This document shows, in pieces, positions 38,223 through 48,154 of a DNA stretch of 64,000 bases. The first letter of the stretch is position 1; the number at the start of each line of letters is the position of its first letter. Origin of the DNA: Candidatus Nomurabacteria bacterium (GTDB taxonomy: Bacteria > Patescibacteriota > Minisyncoccia > Phycocordibacterales > UBA9973); the NCBI GenBank assembly GCA_023267375.1, contig JAHFNJ010000001.1:85878-149877 (forward strand), given 5' to 3'. Under the pieces are notes generated by a model that had not been told where the DNA came from, did not search any database, and saw nothing but the letters and a program-made list of their open reading frames with translations. The translations under genes were made by a program, and so were the position numbers.

Positions 38223-39440
38223 TCACGAATCTTTAGATGGTGAATACTTGGCCAAAAATTGCTCTTTGAGTTCTTGGAACGTACCGTCGAGTATCGCCTG
38301 GCGCATATCTGCCACGAGTTTGTTTAAAAAATAGAGATTGTGTGTTGAAGCAAGTGTACCAGCGAGCATTTCCTTACCACGAAACAGATGCGAAATATAC
38401 GCGCGGGTATAGTGCTTACACGTATTGCATTCGCAATCAGCTTCGATCGGGGAAAAATCTTTACGAAATTCCAAGTTCTCGATATGTATCTTTCCAGACT
38501 TCGTATAAATAGTACCGTTGCGTCCTAGGCGCGTTGGTGTTACGCAGTCAAACAAATCAACACCATTTTCTACTCCCATAAATAAATCTTCCGGCTCACC
38601 AATACCGAGCAGGTGCCGAGGTTTTTCTTCAGGCAAGACTTCATTCACCCATTTCACCGCAGTCGACATGTCTTCTTTGGCAAATGATCCACCGATACCA
38701 AAGCCATCAAAATCCATAGCACCAATAATTTCTGCAGACTTCCGGCGAAGCTCTTCTACTCGCCCGCCCTGCACAATGCCAAACAGCGCTTGTGTTTCTG
38801 CGTTTGGTTTTGATTTATGATAGTCCAAGCAACGTTTTGCCCACGCATGCGTGCGATCGAGCGCTTCAGTTTGATACCGTTCATCTTCTACAGGTGAAGT
38901 ACATTCATCAAACGCAAAAATCATGTCAGCGCCCAAGTTGTGCTGAATCTCAATTGATTTCTCGGGAGTAATATAGTGCAGCGACCCATCAAGATGTGAT
39001 TTAAAAGAAACACCGTCATTCCCTATTTTCGCGAGTCGCGGCGCATCGGAATCATCGAAGCGCTCGGGAATCATGAGTGATGGATCAGTAACCTTCAACA
39101 CTTTCGACATATCTTTTCCATACGCCACACCGAGAGAAAAAACTTGATAGCCGCCGGAGTCTGTCATCGTCGGACCATCCCAGTTCATAAATTTTCCCAA
39201 GCCCCCCGCATCGCGAACAATCTCATCACCCGGCTGCAGATAGAGATGGTATGTATTGGCGAGCACCACTTGAGTCTTCGCTTCTTTGATCAGTTCTGGC
39301 GTCAGCGACTTTACTGTTCCTTTTGTGCCAACAGCAACAAACGATGGGGTGAGAATTTTCCCATGTGGTGTTTCAAGTATCCCGACACGGCCAAGCTTGC
39401 CGTCTAACTTTTTTTCGATTGTAAATTTGACTGGTTTCAA
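38223..39440 (-). CDS. tgt: tRNA-guanine transglycosylase
   Basis: ANTYHL, TDSGGYQ, FDEC, GIVQGG, DLFDCV.PTR, CECNTC...H zinc site; TTG start. Confidence 0.95.
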   Translation of the reverse strand: MKPVKFTIEKKLDGKLGRVGILETPHGKILTPSFVAVGTKGTVKSLTPELIKEAKTQVVLANTYHLYLQPGDEIVRDAGGLGKFMNWDGPTMTDSGGYQVFSLGVAYGKDMSKVLKVTDPSLMIPERFDDSDAPRLAKIGNDGVSFKSHLDGSLHYITPEKSIEIQHNLGADMIFAFDECTSPVEDERYQTEALDRTHAWAKRCLDYHKSKPNAETQALFGIVQGGRVEELRRKSAEIIGAMDFDGFGIGGSFAKEDMSTAVKWVNEVLPEEKPRHLLGIGEPEDLFMGVENGVDLFDCVTPTRLGRNGTIYTKSGKIHIENLEFRKDFSPIEADCECNTCKHYTRAYISHLFRGKEMLAGTLASTHNLYFLNKLVADMRQAILDGTFQELKEQFLAKYSPSKDS

Positions 39441-39531
39441 GATTCAAACTATAGCAAATCAATGATTCATTGACAATGTGTAGATATTGTGATAATTTTT
39501 ATAAAATTTCACCTCTTTAATTTTAACCACT

Positions 39532-39837
39532 ATGAAAAGTAAAAAAAGAAAACCTGCGCCGACACGCAGAAGAAAAATTGTTGAAGAAAAACCACAAGAA
39601 AGATTTTTGGGTGAACCTATGTCAGGAGAATCTTTCCTTCTTATTCTTTTTGCTGGATTTCTTTTAGCCGCTACAACTGGCGTCTTTGGTTATATGATAG
39701 GCACTCAAAAAGAAAAAATAAAATATCAAAAACAAAAAGTTGGGGTCATTGTGACCCCTTCTTTTTATTTTAGAGAAAAAGCTATTTTTCAATCTCTACA
39801 AATTTCAGCTGCTGCATATTCACCGGTGAACGCATGA
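39532..39837 (+). CDS. Orphan single-TM protein, possibly with a lost stop codon
   Basis: Own TTGACA promoter; ORF runs through a terminator hairpin (39742-39758) and 56 nt into mreC. Confidence 0.45.
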   Translation: MKSKKRKPAPTRRRKIVEEKPQERFLGEPMSGESFLLILFAGFLLAATTGVFGYMIGTQKEKIKYQKQKVGVIVTPSFYFREKAIFQSLQISAAAYSPVNA

Positions 39838-40570
39838 GTACTTTCTGTAATGGGTCACGTGGATCAGAAATAATTTCATTCACAATACCAACTAAGTATG
39901 GGTTGATACCAGGAACAATAACCTCTGTCCCCTTCGGGATTTCGACATCGTGCGGAAAGGTCATCTCAAAATTGCCACCGCCGCGACCAGTCGCTTCTGC
40001 GGTAATATTTTTACCAGAAACAGTGACTTCCAATTTTTCGCCTGAAGTTGAAAAGAGTTTAACGACTGAAGAATTCGTATACACTTCAGAAACGGTACCG
40101 ATAAGGACAGTGCCATCAACATAAATTTTCATCCCAGAGGCAATACCGACAGCAGATCCCGCATCAATAATAAGCGTGTCGTAGAGTGAGTGTGGAGGTT
40201 TTGAAATAACAGACGCAATCACAAAATTTGGCTTATCAGCCCGACCCATGAGCGCTTTCAATGATTCGTTATCATCTTTAATGGTCTGATAGTCTGACAT
40301 CTGTATTTTTAATTTTTCATTCTCTGCTTTGAGGGCTTCATTTTCCGCTAAGATTTCACTCTTTGAACGAAGTGCGCCTGACTGAAGCGTTGTTTGATTC
40401 ACCAATGCTGTTTCATTTTTCCAAAAAGGTCTGACAATCGCATGGAATACAGACGCCAATCCTCTCCCTGCGCCAAAATGCCCAGCAATAAATATAAGGG
40501 CGAGCACAACAATAACCACGATAACCGTGATTCTTTTTTTCTTTTCTTGTTTATCGCGGAGGGAGTACAT
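39782..40570 (-). CDS. mreC: Rod shape-determining protein MreC
   Basis: Follows mreB; TM, coiled coil, IIDAGS..GI..GM, G.V.EV motifs. Confidence 0.9.
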   Translation of the reverse strand: MYSLRDKQEKKKRITVIVVIVVLALIFIAGHFGAGRGLASVFHAIVRPFWKNETALVNQTTLQSGALRSKSEILAENEALKAENEKLKIQMSDYQTIKDDNESLKALMGRADKPNFVIASVISKPPHSLYDTLIIDAGSAVGIASGMKIYVDGTVLIGTVSEVYTNSSVVKLFSTSGEKLEVTVSGKNITAEATGRGGGNFEMTFPHDVEIPKGTEVIVPGINPYLVGIVNEIISDPRDPLQKVLMRSPVNMQQLKFVEIEK

Positions 40571-41597
40571 CTTGGGTGTTCACGAGCACTTCACTATAGT
40601 ATGACAAATCTTCAAGTACGATACCGGCACCACGAGCGACAGCAGAGAGCGGATCCTGTGCTACATATACCGGAATCTTAAGCACACTTTGGAGCAACGC
40701 ATCGAGTCCTTGAATGAGCGCTCCACCACCGACCAAAACGATGCCACGATTCATGACGTCTGAAAGAATTTCAGGTGGTGTTGTTTCGAGTACTTCTCGA
40801 ATCCCATCGATAAGATTGTTGATTGATTGCGACATTGCTTCGCGAATATCAGAATCTGTCACAATCACTTCGCGTGGAAGACCAGTAACCAAATCACGGC
40901 CACGAACTTCAGCTTCCATAAATGTCCCAGAAATTACGGCACCAATCGCAATCTTTACACTCTCGGCAGTTTTCTCACCGATCAAAAGTTTAAATTCATC
41001 GCGCAAATAGGAAATGATGTCGTTGTTCAAACGGTCGCCAGCAATTTTCAAATTGTTTGAACGCACAATACCAGAAAGCGAAATCACGGCCACGTCAGTG
41101 GTCCCACCACCAATATCAATAATCATCGAACCAACTGGATCTTTAATCGGTAGTCGAATACCAATAGCTGCAGCCATCGGCTCTTCGATGATGTGCACCT
41201 CGCGGGCACCGGCAGATTTTGCCGCATCGTAGACCGCACGAGTTTCTACGTTTGTAATTCCTGAAGGGACACCGACGACGACACGCGGTCGAAAAAATTT
41301 CTTCGAAATTTTTTCGACTTTACCAATCAAATACGAAAGCATTTCTTCGGTCACTTCAAAGTCCGAAATCACCCCATCAACAATCGGGCGTACAGCTTTA
41401 ATATGTGGAGGTGTACGTCCCAACATTTGCTTCGCTTCGGCGCCGACAGCAACAATCTGTCCGGTTTTTTGATTCACGGCAACAACAGACGGTTCATTGA
41501 TGACAATGCCGTGACCGCGCAAATACACCAAGGTGTTTGCCGTGCCCAAGTCGATGCCGATGTCGTTTGAAAATGATTGGTAGAATTTGTCGAACAT
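40551..41597 (-). CDS. mreB: Rod shape-determining protein MreB
   Basis: IDLGTANT, EEPMAAAIG, DIGGGTT, KGRDL-like RGRDL, GGGAL. Confidence 0.97.
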   Translation of the reverse strand: MFDKFYQSFSNDIGIDLGTANTLVYLRGHGIVINEPSVVAVNQKTGQIVAVGAEAKQMLGRTPPHIKAVRPIVDGVISDFEVTEEMLSYLIGKVEKISKKFFRPRVVVGVPSGITNVETRAVYDAAKSAGAREVHIIEEPMAAAIGIRLPIKDPVGSMIIDIGGGTTDVAVISLSGIVRSNNLKIAGDRLNNDIISYLRDEFKLLIGEKTAESVKIAIGAVISGTFMEAEVRGRDLVTGLPREVIVTDSDIREAMSQSINNLIDGIREVLETTPPEILSDVMNRGIVLVGGGALIQGLDALLQSVLKIPVYVAQDPLSAVARGAGIVLEDLSYYSEVLVNTQDVLPPR

Positions 41598-41621
41598 AAA
41601 TAAATACAGGTTTTAGTTTCT

Positions 41622-42884
41622 TTAGCTTTTAGCTTTTAGTAATTTCAGTAATTCGTCTTCTGTAACGATTTTTCCTTTTTCTTCAGTACGTTTTTTCACT
41701 TCATAGCCACCGTCTTTCAAACTACGCTCTGATACCACAACACGATACGGCATTCCCAATAAATCAGCATCGGCAAATTTTTCTCCTGCAGAAACACCGG
41801 TACGATCATCAAAGAGTACTTCAATTCCCTTCTTCACTAAATCAGCATAGAGCTTGTCTGCTGCTTTCTGTGGCTCTTCTTTGTCACCAAGAACCAAGAG
41901 ATGCACATGGAACGGCGCTACTGATTCTGGCCACATAAGCCCATTATCATCGGAAAAAATTTCTGCGAGCACTCCCATAGTTCGACTCACGCCGATACCG
42001 TAACAACCTGAAATAATAGACTTCTTCTCTCCGTGTTCGTCGGTGTAATACACACCGAGTGCATCAGTATACTTACTCTCTAAGGGAAAGATGTTTCCAA
42101 CCTCGATTGCTCGTTTTTCTACGAGCTTTGCTTTATCGAGTCCAAGCTTCGCCAAATTTTCGTCAGTATAAATCTCTTTATTGACTGCAATATTTTTTTC
42201 TTCGTCGACATAAATAGTATCTTCACCGACACCTGAAATTGTTTGGAATTCGTCACTAAACTTTTTGGTAAAGATGCCACCGTCAGCATACGTGCGATAG
42301 GTAATGTGACCAATGCCTAAACGTCGATAGACGCGGTGATATGCTTGTGCGACTTCTTCATAAATCTTCAAGTGTTCCTCTTCAGTACGTGCAAACGAAT
42401 ACATGTCTTTCATCATGAATTCCCTTCCACGCAAAATACCACTCTTCGCACGAAGTTCATTGCGAAACTTATTCTGAATCTGATAGATAGAAACAGGAAG
42501 ATCACGATATGATGAAACATACCCACCAAGCGCATCAACAATCGGCTCTTCATGGGTAAGACCAACACCAACTTCTTCTCCATTTTTTAGTTTTGTTTTA
42601 AACCAGTTGTCGACTTTTTTGTCATCCCATCGGTCAGTCTTTTCCCAAATATCGCGCGGCTGAAGTGTCGTCATGTAGACTTCTTGTCCACCCACTGCAT
42701 TCATTTCTTCACGAATAATTGTTTTAATTTTTTCGATAACACGAAGACCAAGTGGCAAAAACGCATAGACCCCAGCCATTTCCTTATGAATAAAGCCTCC
42801 TTTGATCAAGAGCTCAGCATTCTTCGAAATCTCGTCCGCTGGAGACTCTTTCTTGGTTTTAGTAAACAATTGTGATTGTTTCAT
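41622..42884 (-). CDS. proS: Prolyl-tRNA synthetase (short, no editing domain)
   Basis: THEE, KFRNE.R...G.LR.REF.MKD.YSF, GCYGIGVSR, anticodon-binding domain GEKFADADL.G. Confidence 0.93.
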   Translation of the reverse strand: MKQSQLFTKTKKESPADEISKNAELLIKGGFIHKEMAGVYAFLPLGLRVIEKIKTIIREEMNAVGGQEVYMTTLQPRDIWEKTDRWDDKKVDNWFKTKLKNGEEVGVGLTHEEPIVDALGGYVSSYRDLPVSIYQIQNKFRNELRAKSGILRGREFMMKDMYSFARTEEEHLKIYEEVAQAYHRVYRRLGIGHITYRTYADGGIFTKKFSDEFQTISGVGEDTIYVDEEKNIAVNKEIYTDENLAKLGLDKAKLVEKRAIEVGNIFPLESKYTDALGVYYTDEHGEKKSIISGCYGIGVSRTMGVLAEIFSDDNGLMWPESVAPFHVHLLVLGDKEEPQKAADKLYADLVKKGIEVLFDDRTGVSAGEKFADADLLGMPYRVVVSERSLKDGGYEVKKRTEEKGKIVTEDELLKLLKAKS

Positions 42885-42950
42885 ATAGTGCCCATACTAC
42901 CTTAAAATGAGTAATAAAAAAAGCCCCGGATTTCCGGGGACTTTTTTATT

Positions 42951-43403
42951 TTAGGACGGCTTTTTTAAGAAGATGTTTCCTTCCACCGGGTAACGGAAAA
43001 TATTCTGAATGTAATAATTCCATTCCCTTCTTCCCACGCTGATAAAAGCTGCTTTAAGAGCCTGTTTCAGCAATTGTGAATCTTCTTTTTTCTTTTTCTT
43101 TCTGATATTTTCCTGGGCGACTGCATACAACCATAAAAGAAGACACCGTTGGAAACGAACCTTATCTTTCTTAGCCACCAGCGCGTATGCAACGATAAGC
43201 CATATATATGCTTCAAATGCATCTATTTTCGGGTGACCATTTTCCACCCGCTCCTTAAGAGAAGCTGTTAGCTTTTTTTCAAACTCCGAAAGGACCTTTT
43301 TGCGTTTAGAGATGGTTTTTGCTTTATGCAAGGCATTGTTAACTATACGCACAGCATCACGCTCGGGTTTTAGCTCGTCGTAATCTTTTTGATTAGTTTT
43401 CAT
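42951..43403 (-). CDS. Orphan basic hypothetical protein
   Basis: 150-aa ORF with TTGACA-17-TAAAAT upstream and terminator at about 42917-42946. Confidence 0.6.
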   Translation of the reverse strand: MKTNQKDYDELKPERDAVRIVNNALHKAKTISKRKKVLSEFEKKLTASLKERVENGHPKIDAFEAYIWLIVAYALVAKKDKVRFQRCLLLWLYAVAQENIRKKKKKEDSQLLKQALKAAFISVGRREWNYYIQNIFRYPVEGNIFLKKPS

Positions 43404-43498
43404 AGTATTTCGTCTTTTAAAGATTTTTTATTATTTTAAAATAATATGGTTTATTGTCAACCCTTCCCAATTCCCCCTTTTTCTGCTATTATCAAGAC

Positions 43499-43669
43499 GT
43501 CTCCGTGAAGGAGCTTTTTTAGTCCCCTCCAAAGGCGGGCAGGGAAAAGCCCTTTGTAAACAGTGCTGCTTTAGGGTAGCCAAGGTCGCCGCAGGCGACC
43601 AAGCTGTAATGCTTAAAAACGGAGGCCATACCTGTCGAGGTATGCATTTAATTAATAAGTATATTTACT
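43499..43669 (+). promoter_or_regulatory. Structured rpsB 5' leader (candidate S2 autoregulatory RNA)
   Basis: TG-n-TATTAT at 43484-43492; stems CTCCGT/ACGGAG, GGTCGCC/GGCGACC, CATACCT/AGGTATG. Confidence 0.55.
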
Positions 43670-44383
43670 ATGTCAGAACAAACTAAGGAAGAGGTATTGA
43701 AAACAATGTTTACGGCTGGTGCACACTTTGGGTACTCAAAGACTCGCCGCCACCCGTCAACTGCCGCGTACATTTTCGCGACCAAAAATAAAAATGACAT
43801 TATCGATCTCGAAAAAACAGAAGCGCTTCTCATGAAAGCAGAAGCCTTTGTAAAGGAACTTGCCGCATCTGGCAAAAACCTTCTCTTTGTCGGCGTGAAG
43901 CCAGAAGCAAAGAAAGCTGTTTATGAAGGTGCTTTGCATGTAGACATGCCGTACGTTATTGAACGCTGGGTTGGCGGTGCTATCACCAACTTCCCTGAAA
44001 TCAAGAAGCGTATTGCAAAGCTTGAAGATCTCCGCGACAAAAAAGAAAAAGGCGGTCTTGATATGTACACCAAGAAGGAACGCCTCTTGATTGATGAAGA
44101 TATCGCTCGTATGTCAAAGAATTTCTCTGGTCTCGTATCACTCAAAAAGACCCCAGATGCACTTTTCGTTATCGATCCTAAGCGTGAACACATCGCTGTT
44201 GCTGAGGCAAAGCATGCTGGTATTCCCGTTATCGCTCTCATGAACACCGACTGTAACGTCAAAGGAGTTGAATACCCTATTGTTGCAAACGACGCTTCGA
44301 TCTCATCAATCACCCACTTTGTAAATGCGATTGCAAAAGCATACAAAGACGGCAAAATGGCAGTCCCTGAAAAAGCTGCCTAG
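43670..44383 (+). CDS. rpsB: 30S ribosomal protein S2
   Basis: AGAHFG, IIDLEKT, RWVGG..TN, A.AEA...GIPV...DT. Confidence 0.97.
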   Translation: MSEQTKEEVLKTMFTAGAHFGYSKTRRHPSTAAYIFATKNKNDIIDLEKTEALLMKAEAFVKELAASGKNLLFVGVKPEAKKAVYEGALHVDMPYVIERWVGGAITNFPEIKKRIAKLEDLRDKKEKGGLDMYTKKERLLIDEDIARMSKNFSGLVSLKKTPDALFVIDPKREHIAVAEAKHAGIPVIALMNTDCNVKGVEYPIVANDASISSITHFVNAIAKAYKDGKMAVPEKAA

Positions 44384-44456
44384 TTTTGTAGACACAACAA
44401 GTGTTGTGACTTTATAAACTGTTTATTTAACAATTTTAAATTTTTAAACATCATCT

Positions 44457-45239
44457 ATGAACATTACAACTGAAATGATTAAGGAATTGCGTGATTCTAC
44501 TGGCGTCTCAGTCATGCAATGCAAAAAGGCTCTTGAAGAAGCACAGGGCGATATGGAAAAAGCGCTTATGATTCTTCGCAAGAAATCAAGCGAGATCGCA
44601 GCAAAAAAATCTGACCGCGAAACAAACGACGGACTCGTCGCTACCAAGACAGAAGGCGGAAAGACAGTATTGCTCGTACTTAAATGCGAAACTGACTTCG
44701 TAGCAAAAAATGAAGACTTCGTAGCACTCGCAAAGACACTTGCCGACAAAGCAATTGCGGGAGGTAAAGAAGCAGTTGAGCAAGAAGCAGCTGAAATCAT
44801 CAATCCTGTCATTCAGAAAGTAGGTGAAAAAATTGAACTTGGTGAAGTTACGGTGTACGACAATGGTGTCATTGGTACGTATGTACACAATGGTAAGTCT
44901 GGAGTGATGGTATCGCTCAGAGGAGGCACCGAAGAGCTTGCTCGTGATATCGCGATGCACATCGCGGCAATGAAGCCTGTATACCTCGCAAAAAGTGACG
45001 TGCCAGAAGAAATGAAACAGAAAGCAACTGAGCTCTTCTCAAAAGAAGTTGCTGAGAGCAACAAGCCTGAAGAGATCAAGAAAAAAATGCTCGAAGGAAA
45101 AATTGACACTTACTTCAAGGAACAAACACTGCTTGACCAGCCGTTCATTAAAAATCCTGATATGACCATCAGTGCCCTCTTGCAGAAAGCGGGTCAAGAT
45201 GTGAAAATAAACAAGTTCACTCGAGTATCTCTCGCATAG
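44457..45239 (+). CDS. tsf: Elongation factor Ts
   Basis: KELR..TG....CKKAL, CETDFVAKN, IAMHIAA. Confidence 0.97.
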   Translation: MNITTEMIKELRDSTGVSVMQCKKALEEAQGDMEKALMILRKKSSEIAAKKSDRETNDGLVATKTEGGKTVLLVLKCETDFVAKNEDFVALAKTLADKAIAGGKEAVEQEAAEIINPVIQKVGEKIELGEVTVYDNGVIGTYVHNGKSGVMVSLRGGTEELARDIAMHIAAMKPVYLAKSDVPEEMKQKATELFSKEVAESNKPEEIKKKMLEGKIDTYFKEQTLLDQPFIKNPDMTISALLQKAGQDVKINKFTRVSLA

Positions 45240-45251
45240 TACGAAACACGT

Positions 45252-45674
45252 ATGGTTATCCCCCTTATTACATTTTTTGCCAGTCTCCTCATTCTCCTTT
45301 TCATGGTATCCTACCAGTCATGGCGGATGCGTGCAGGCGTGGTAGTGGCAAAAGAAGTATCAGTGCCCGACTTGCTTCACGAGCAAGCAATCAAGCATAT
45401 GAAGACAAATATGCGCCGGTCATTGCAAAAAGGCGTACATTTCGCTATTATGTGGACGCTAAAGGGCTGGGTAGTATTAACCCATTCAGTTTCAAAGAAG
45501 TTCAAACAGTATTTCCCGAAGACCGTCGCCTTCTTTAAGGCCTCACCAAAGACACCGAAAGAAGGTGCGACGGGCTCGTTTTTTCTTCACAGTGTTGCTG
45601 AATACAAGCAGAAAGTAAAGAAGTTTAAGCAGAAGATCCGTGAAGTAGATGATAAGAAGAAGACAAATGTCTAA
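45252..45674 (+). CDS. Hypothetical membrane-anchored protein
   Basis: N-terminal TM, co-oriented 12 nt after tsf. Confidence 0.7.
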   Translation: MVIPLITFFASLLILLFMVSYQSWRMRAGVVVAKEVSVPDLLHEQAIKHMKTNMRRSLQKGVHFAIMWTLKGWVVLTHSVSKKFKQYFPKTVAFFKASPKTPKEGATGSFFLHSVAEYKQKVKKFKQKIREVDDKKKTNV

Positions 45675-45734
45675 ATCTTAATTTCTAATGACTAACAGAA
45701 TTCCTTTAGAAATTAGACATTAGGATTTAGGATT
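45671..45734. repeat. Inverted pair of heptamer-repeat tracts
   Basis: CTAAATC TTAATTT CTAATGA CTAA ... TTAGAAA TTAGACA TTAGGAT TTAGGAT. Confidence 0.7.
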
Positions 45735-45744
45735 TTGTTTGATT

Positions 45745-45820
45745 GCCGCCTTAGCTCAGTTGGTAGAGCAACGCTTTTGTAAAGCGAAGGTCCTCGGTTC
45801 AAGTCCGAGAGGCGGCTCCA
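45745..45820 (+). tRNA. tRNA-Thr(TGT)
   Basis: GCCGCCTTAGCTCAGTTGGTAGAGC...CGCT-TTTGTAA-AGCG...GGTTCAAGTCC...GGCGGCTCCA; CCA encoded. Confidence 0.95.
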
Positions 45821-46155
45821 GAAAAAATCACACGCAAGTGTGGTTTTTTATTTTAGCCTCTCGGACTTGAACCTGGAAAGGCGATGAGTACATCGTGCCG
45901 GGAGGCGCACTCGGGAAAACGGGAGTTTTCCCGTAGTGGAGGCAGGCGTAGCCGTTGGAACCGCACGGTGAGCTCGGGGTGGGACCCGAGCGCAAGACCT
46001 TTTGAGATTTTTGAGGTTGTAATCAAACGAACAAAATCCAAAAGGTGTACTGAATCTGTAAGATTCCAAAACGGAGTGAGCCTGCGAGCGAGTAGTGAAA
46101 TTCCGAGAGGCGGCTCCAGAAAAAAGAACTTCCCTTGTGGGAAGTTCTTTTTTTT
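45804..46155 (+). mobile_element. Non-coding tRNA-trailer element bounded by a 24-bp duplication of the tRNA-Thr 3' end
   Basis: TCCGAGAGGCGGCTCCAGAAAAAA at 45804-45827 and 46102-46125; inverted 18-nt tRNA copy at 45856-45873; multiple hairpins. Confidence 0.75.
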
Positions 46156-46888
46156 AAATCTTTGGTTCAGTAGTATCAGCAACAGGTTGTTCGCTTGGCG
46201 AAACAGTTGGAGTAATTTTTGCAGCAGCCTTCTTTTCTTCTTTTGGTAACGTGTCCTTGAGTGCTGGCGCTATCTTTTCAATATCTTCCACACTCTTGAA
46301 ACCACTATAGACTTTGCCGTTGATGACGAGCGCTGGAAGCTCTTTGGGCACCTTATACACTGAAATCAATGCACGAATTGCAGAGAGGTCAAGATCGTAA
46401 TCAAATGAATACACGCGGAGCGCAGGGTATTTATTGCGAAGCTCGGTCAGTGAATAACCTTGCTTTACGCATTCAGTACAGTCATCTGCCGTCGTATAAA
46501 AATAGAGAATGAATGCAAACTTGAGCTTGCAGCGCTCAGCGATTTTTTTAGTGAGCAGATAATCCTTGATTTGAAGGAGTGAGTAATTCTTTTTCAGACT
46601 TGTCAGTTCGTCACTTGAACCGATATTATTCTCGCTATACGTGATCTTGTCTGCAAGCGATCCAAGCTCTCCTGAGAGCACGGAGTTTGTCACATCAGTA
46701 CAGGATTCTTCCTCAAGAAGTGAATTCTCAACTTCTGACGAAAGAATATCTGTCGCGATCTTGTCTTGAATATTCTGCAATTGAGAAAGCTTCTTATTAC
46801 TGAAGTAATTAGAAAGAAGAATCGCCCCAAGGAAAATGGCGAGGGTTATAAAAAACGAAAGAATATATTTTGTCCAATCAATTTTCAT
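46154..46888 (-). CDS. Membrane-anchored protein with thioredoxin-like CxxC C-terminal domain
   Basis: N-terminal TM; LYFY....CTEC; PALVING. Confidence 0.65.
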   Translation of the reverse strand: MKIDWTKYILSFFITLAIFLGAILLSNYFSNKKLSQLQNIQDKIATDILSSEVENSLLEEESCTDVTNSVLSGELGSLADKITYSENNIGSSDELTSLKKNYSLLQIKDYLLTKKIAERCKLKFAFILYFYTTADDCTECVKQGYSLTELRNKYPALRVYSFDYDLDLSAIRALISVYKVPKELPALVINGKVYSGFKSVEDIEKIAPALKDTLPKEEKKAAAKITPTVSPSEQPVADTTEPKI

Positions 46889-46897
46889 ATAGGTTTT

Positions 46898-48154
46898 TTA
46901 GTTGGCACGTTCAAGTGCCCAGTTAGTTTGTTTAGCAAAAATTGCACGGTAGACAGCCTTGCAGAGCCACATAGGGGCCAATGTTGCAGAGAGCACAAAG
47001 AAATACGCAATGCCCATTGTGGGACGCATCTTTCCTTCAACCATCTTCCTGCCGAGCAATAGTGAAAATAGAAGCGCCAGGGAGAGCAGTACTGCAATCA
47101 AGTTGATAGCCGCGGTATTTATGAAAAACCAATCAAACGCATGGATATGTAATAGTGAAGAAAAACCTACAGCATTGACCTGCGCGATCTTATCAATGAC
47201 CATTGTAACAATAGTATAGAGAAGCGACGTAAAAACATAAATAACAGTAAGGATAGAAATCACTCCTGCCGGTAACGCAAAGAAACCAATATTGCCATAC
47301 TTTTTATTGAAAAAGAGTTCGCGGTAATCGGCGGCATTCTTGAGAAAGCCGTAGATCCAGCGCACGCGCTGACGGTACAATTTTGCAATCGTGTCGGGAC
47401 TGGTCGTATACACATATGCGTCAGGACAATGCTCGATCGTGTAGTGATGTTTTTGCATGCGAAGGGCAATTTCCTGATCTTCAGTATTGTGTGCTTTTTT
47501 ATACGGACCAAGATTTTCAAATACCGATTTGCGGAAAATAGAAAATGGTCCAGGAGTGACGTAGATACCTCCAAGAAATCCCTGCATTTTTTTCATAAAC
47601 ACACCGAAATCATATTCTGCTTTTTGCGCTTTCTGGAGAACATTTTTTGGTTGATGCACCACTACCGCAGGCGCTACTGCCATGACTTTCTGATCGACAA
47701 AGTACGTCATGATGCGTTTCAATGCTTCGGGATGCACAAATGAATCTGCATCGAGCCCACCGACAAATTCAGCAGTCGCACGCTCGAGTCCCAGGTTCAT
47801 TGCAGTATGTTTACCGCCATTTTCCTTGCGGAACATCTGGATATTGGAATAATTTTTAAAACGTTCAAGCACATTCCATGTGCCATCAGTAGAACCATCG
47901 TCAACTAAAATAATTTCCAACTTATCTTGCGGATAATTGAGATTTAAAAGTGAGCGGATCGTTTTGTACGCTGTTTTTTCTTCGTTATAGCACGGCACAA
48001 TGATTGAAACTTTCGGATATTTCTTAAGTGTGATGTCTTCTTTACGAATCACAATCTGCTTGCGTTTATCAAAAAAAGTGACAATCAAAAAGACCTGTAT
48101 AAAAATAGACAGGAAGGTGAACACATAGAAAATGGCGTTTGGCACAGTAACCAT
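46898..48154 (-). CDS. Processive GT2 glycosyltransferase (PgaC/IcaA-like)
   Basis: PCYNEE, DDGSTD, DAD, TED and QRVRW motifs plus TM helices. Confidence 0.9.
   Translation of the reverse strand: MVTVPNAIFYVFTFLSIFIQVFLIVTFFDKRKQIVIRKEDITLKKYPKVSIIVPCYNEEKTAYKTIRSLLNLNYPQDKLEIILVDDGSTDGTWNVLERFKNYSNIQMFRKENGGKHTAMNLGLERATAEFVGGLDADSFVHPEALKRIMTYFVDQKVMAVAPAVVVHQPKNVLQKAQKAEYDFGVFMKKMQGFLGGIYVTPGPFSIFRKSVFENLGPYKKAHNTEDQEIALRMQKHHYTIEHCPDAYVYTTSPDTIAKLYRQRVRWIYGFLKNAADYRELFFNKKYGNIGFFALPAGVISILTVIYVFTSLLYTIVTMVIDKIAQVNAVGFSSLLHIHAFDWFFINTAAINLIAVLLSLALLFSLLLGRKMVEGKMRPTMGIAYFFVLSATLAPMWLCKAVYRAIFAKQTNWALERAN

Noticed and set aside
45804-46125. Prophage or genomic island at tRNA-Thr
   Set aside because: The repeats are only 298 bp apart with no integrase; treated as a non-coding element
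45848-46249. ORFs 45848-46069, 45853-46182 and 45884-46249
   Set aside because: Mutually overlapping frames across GC-rich hairpins, with no protein-like features
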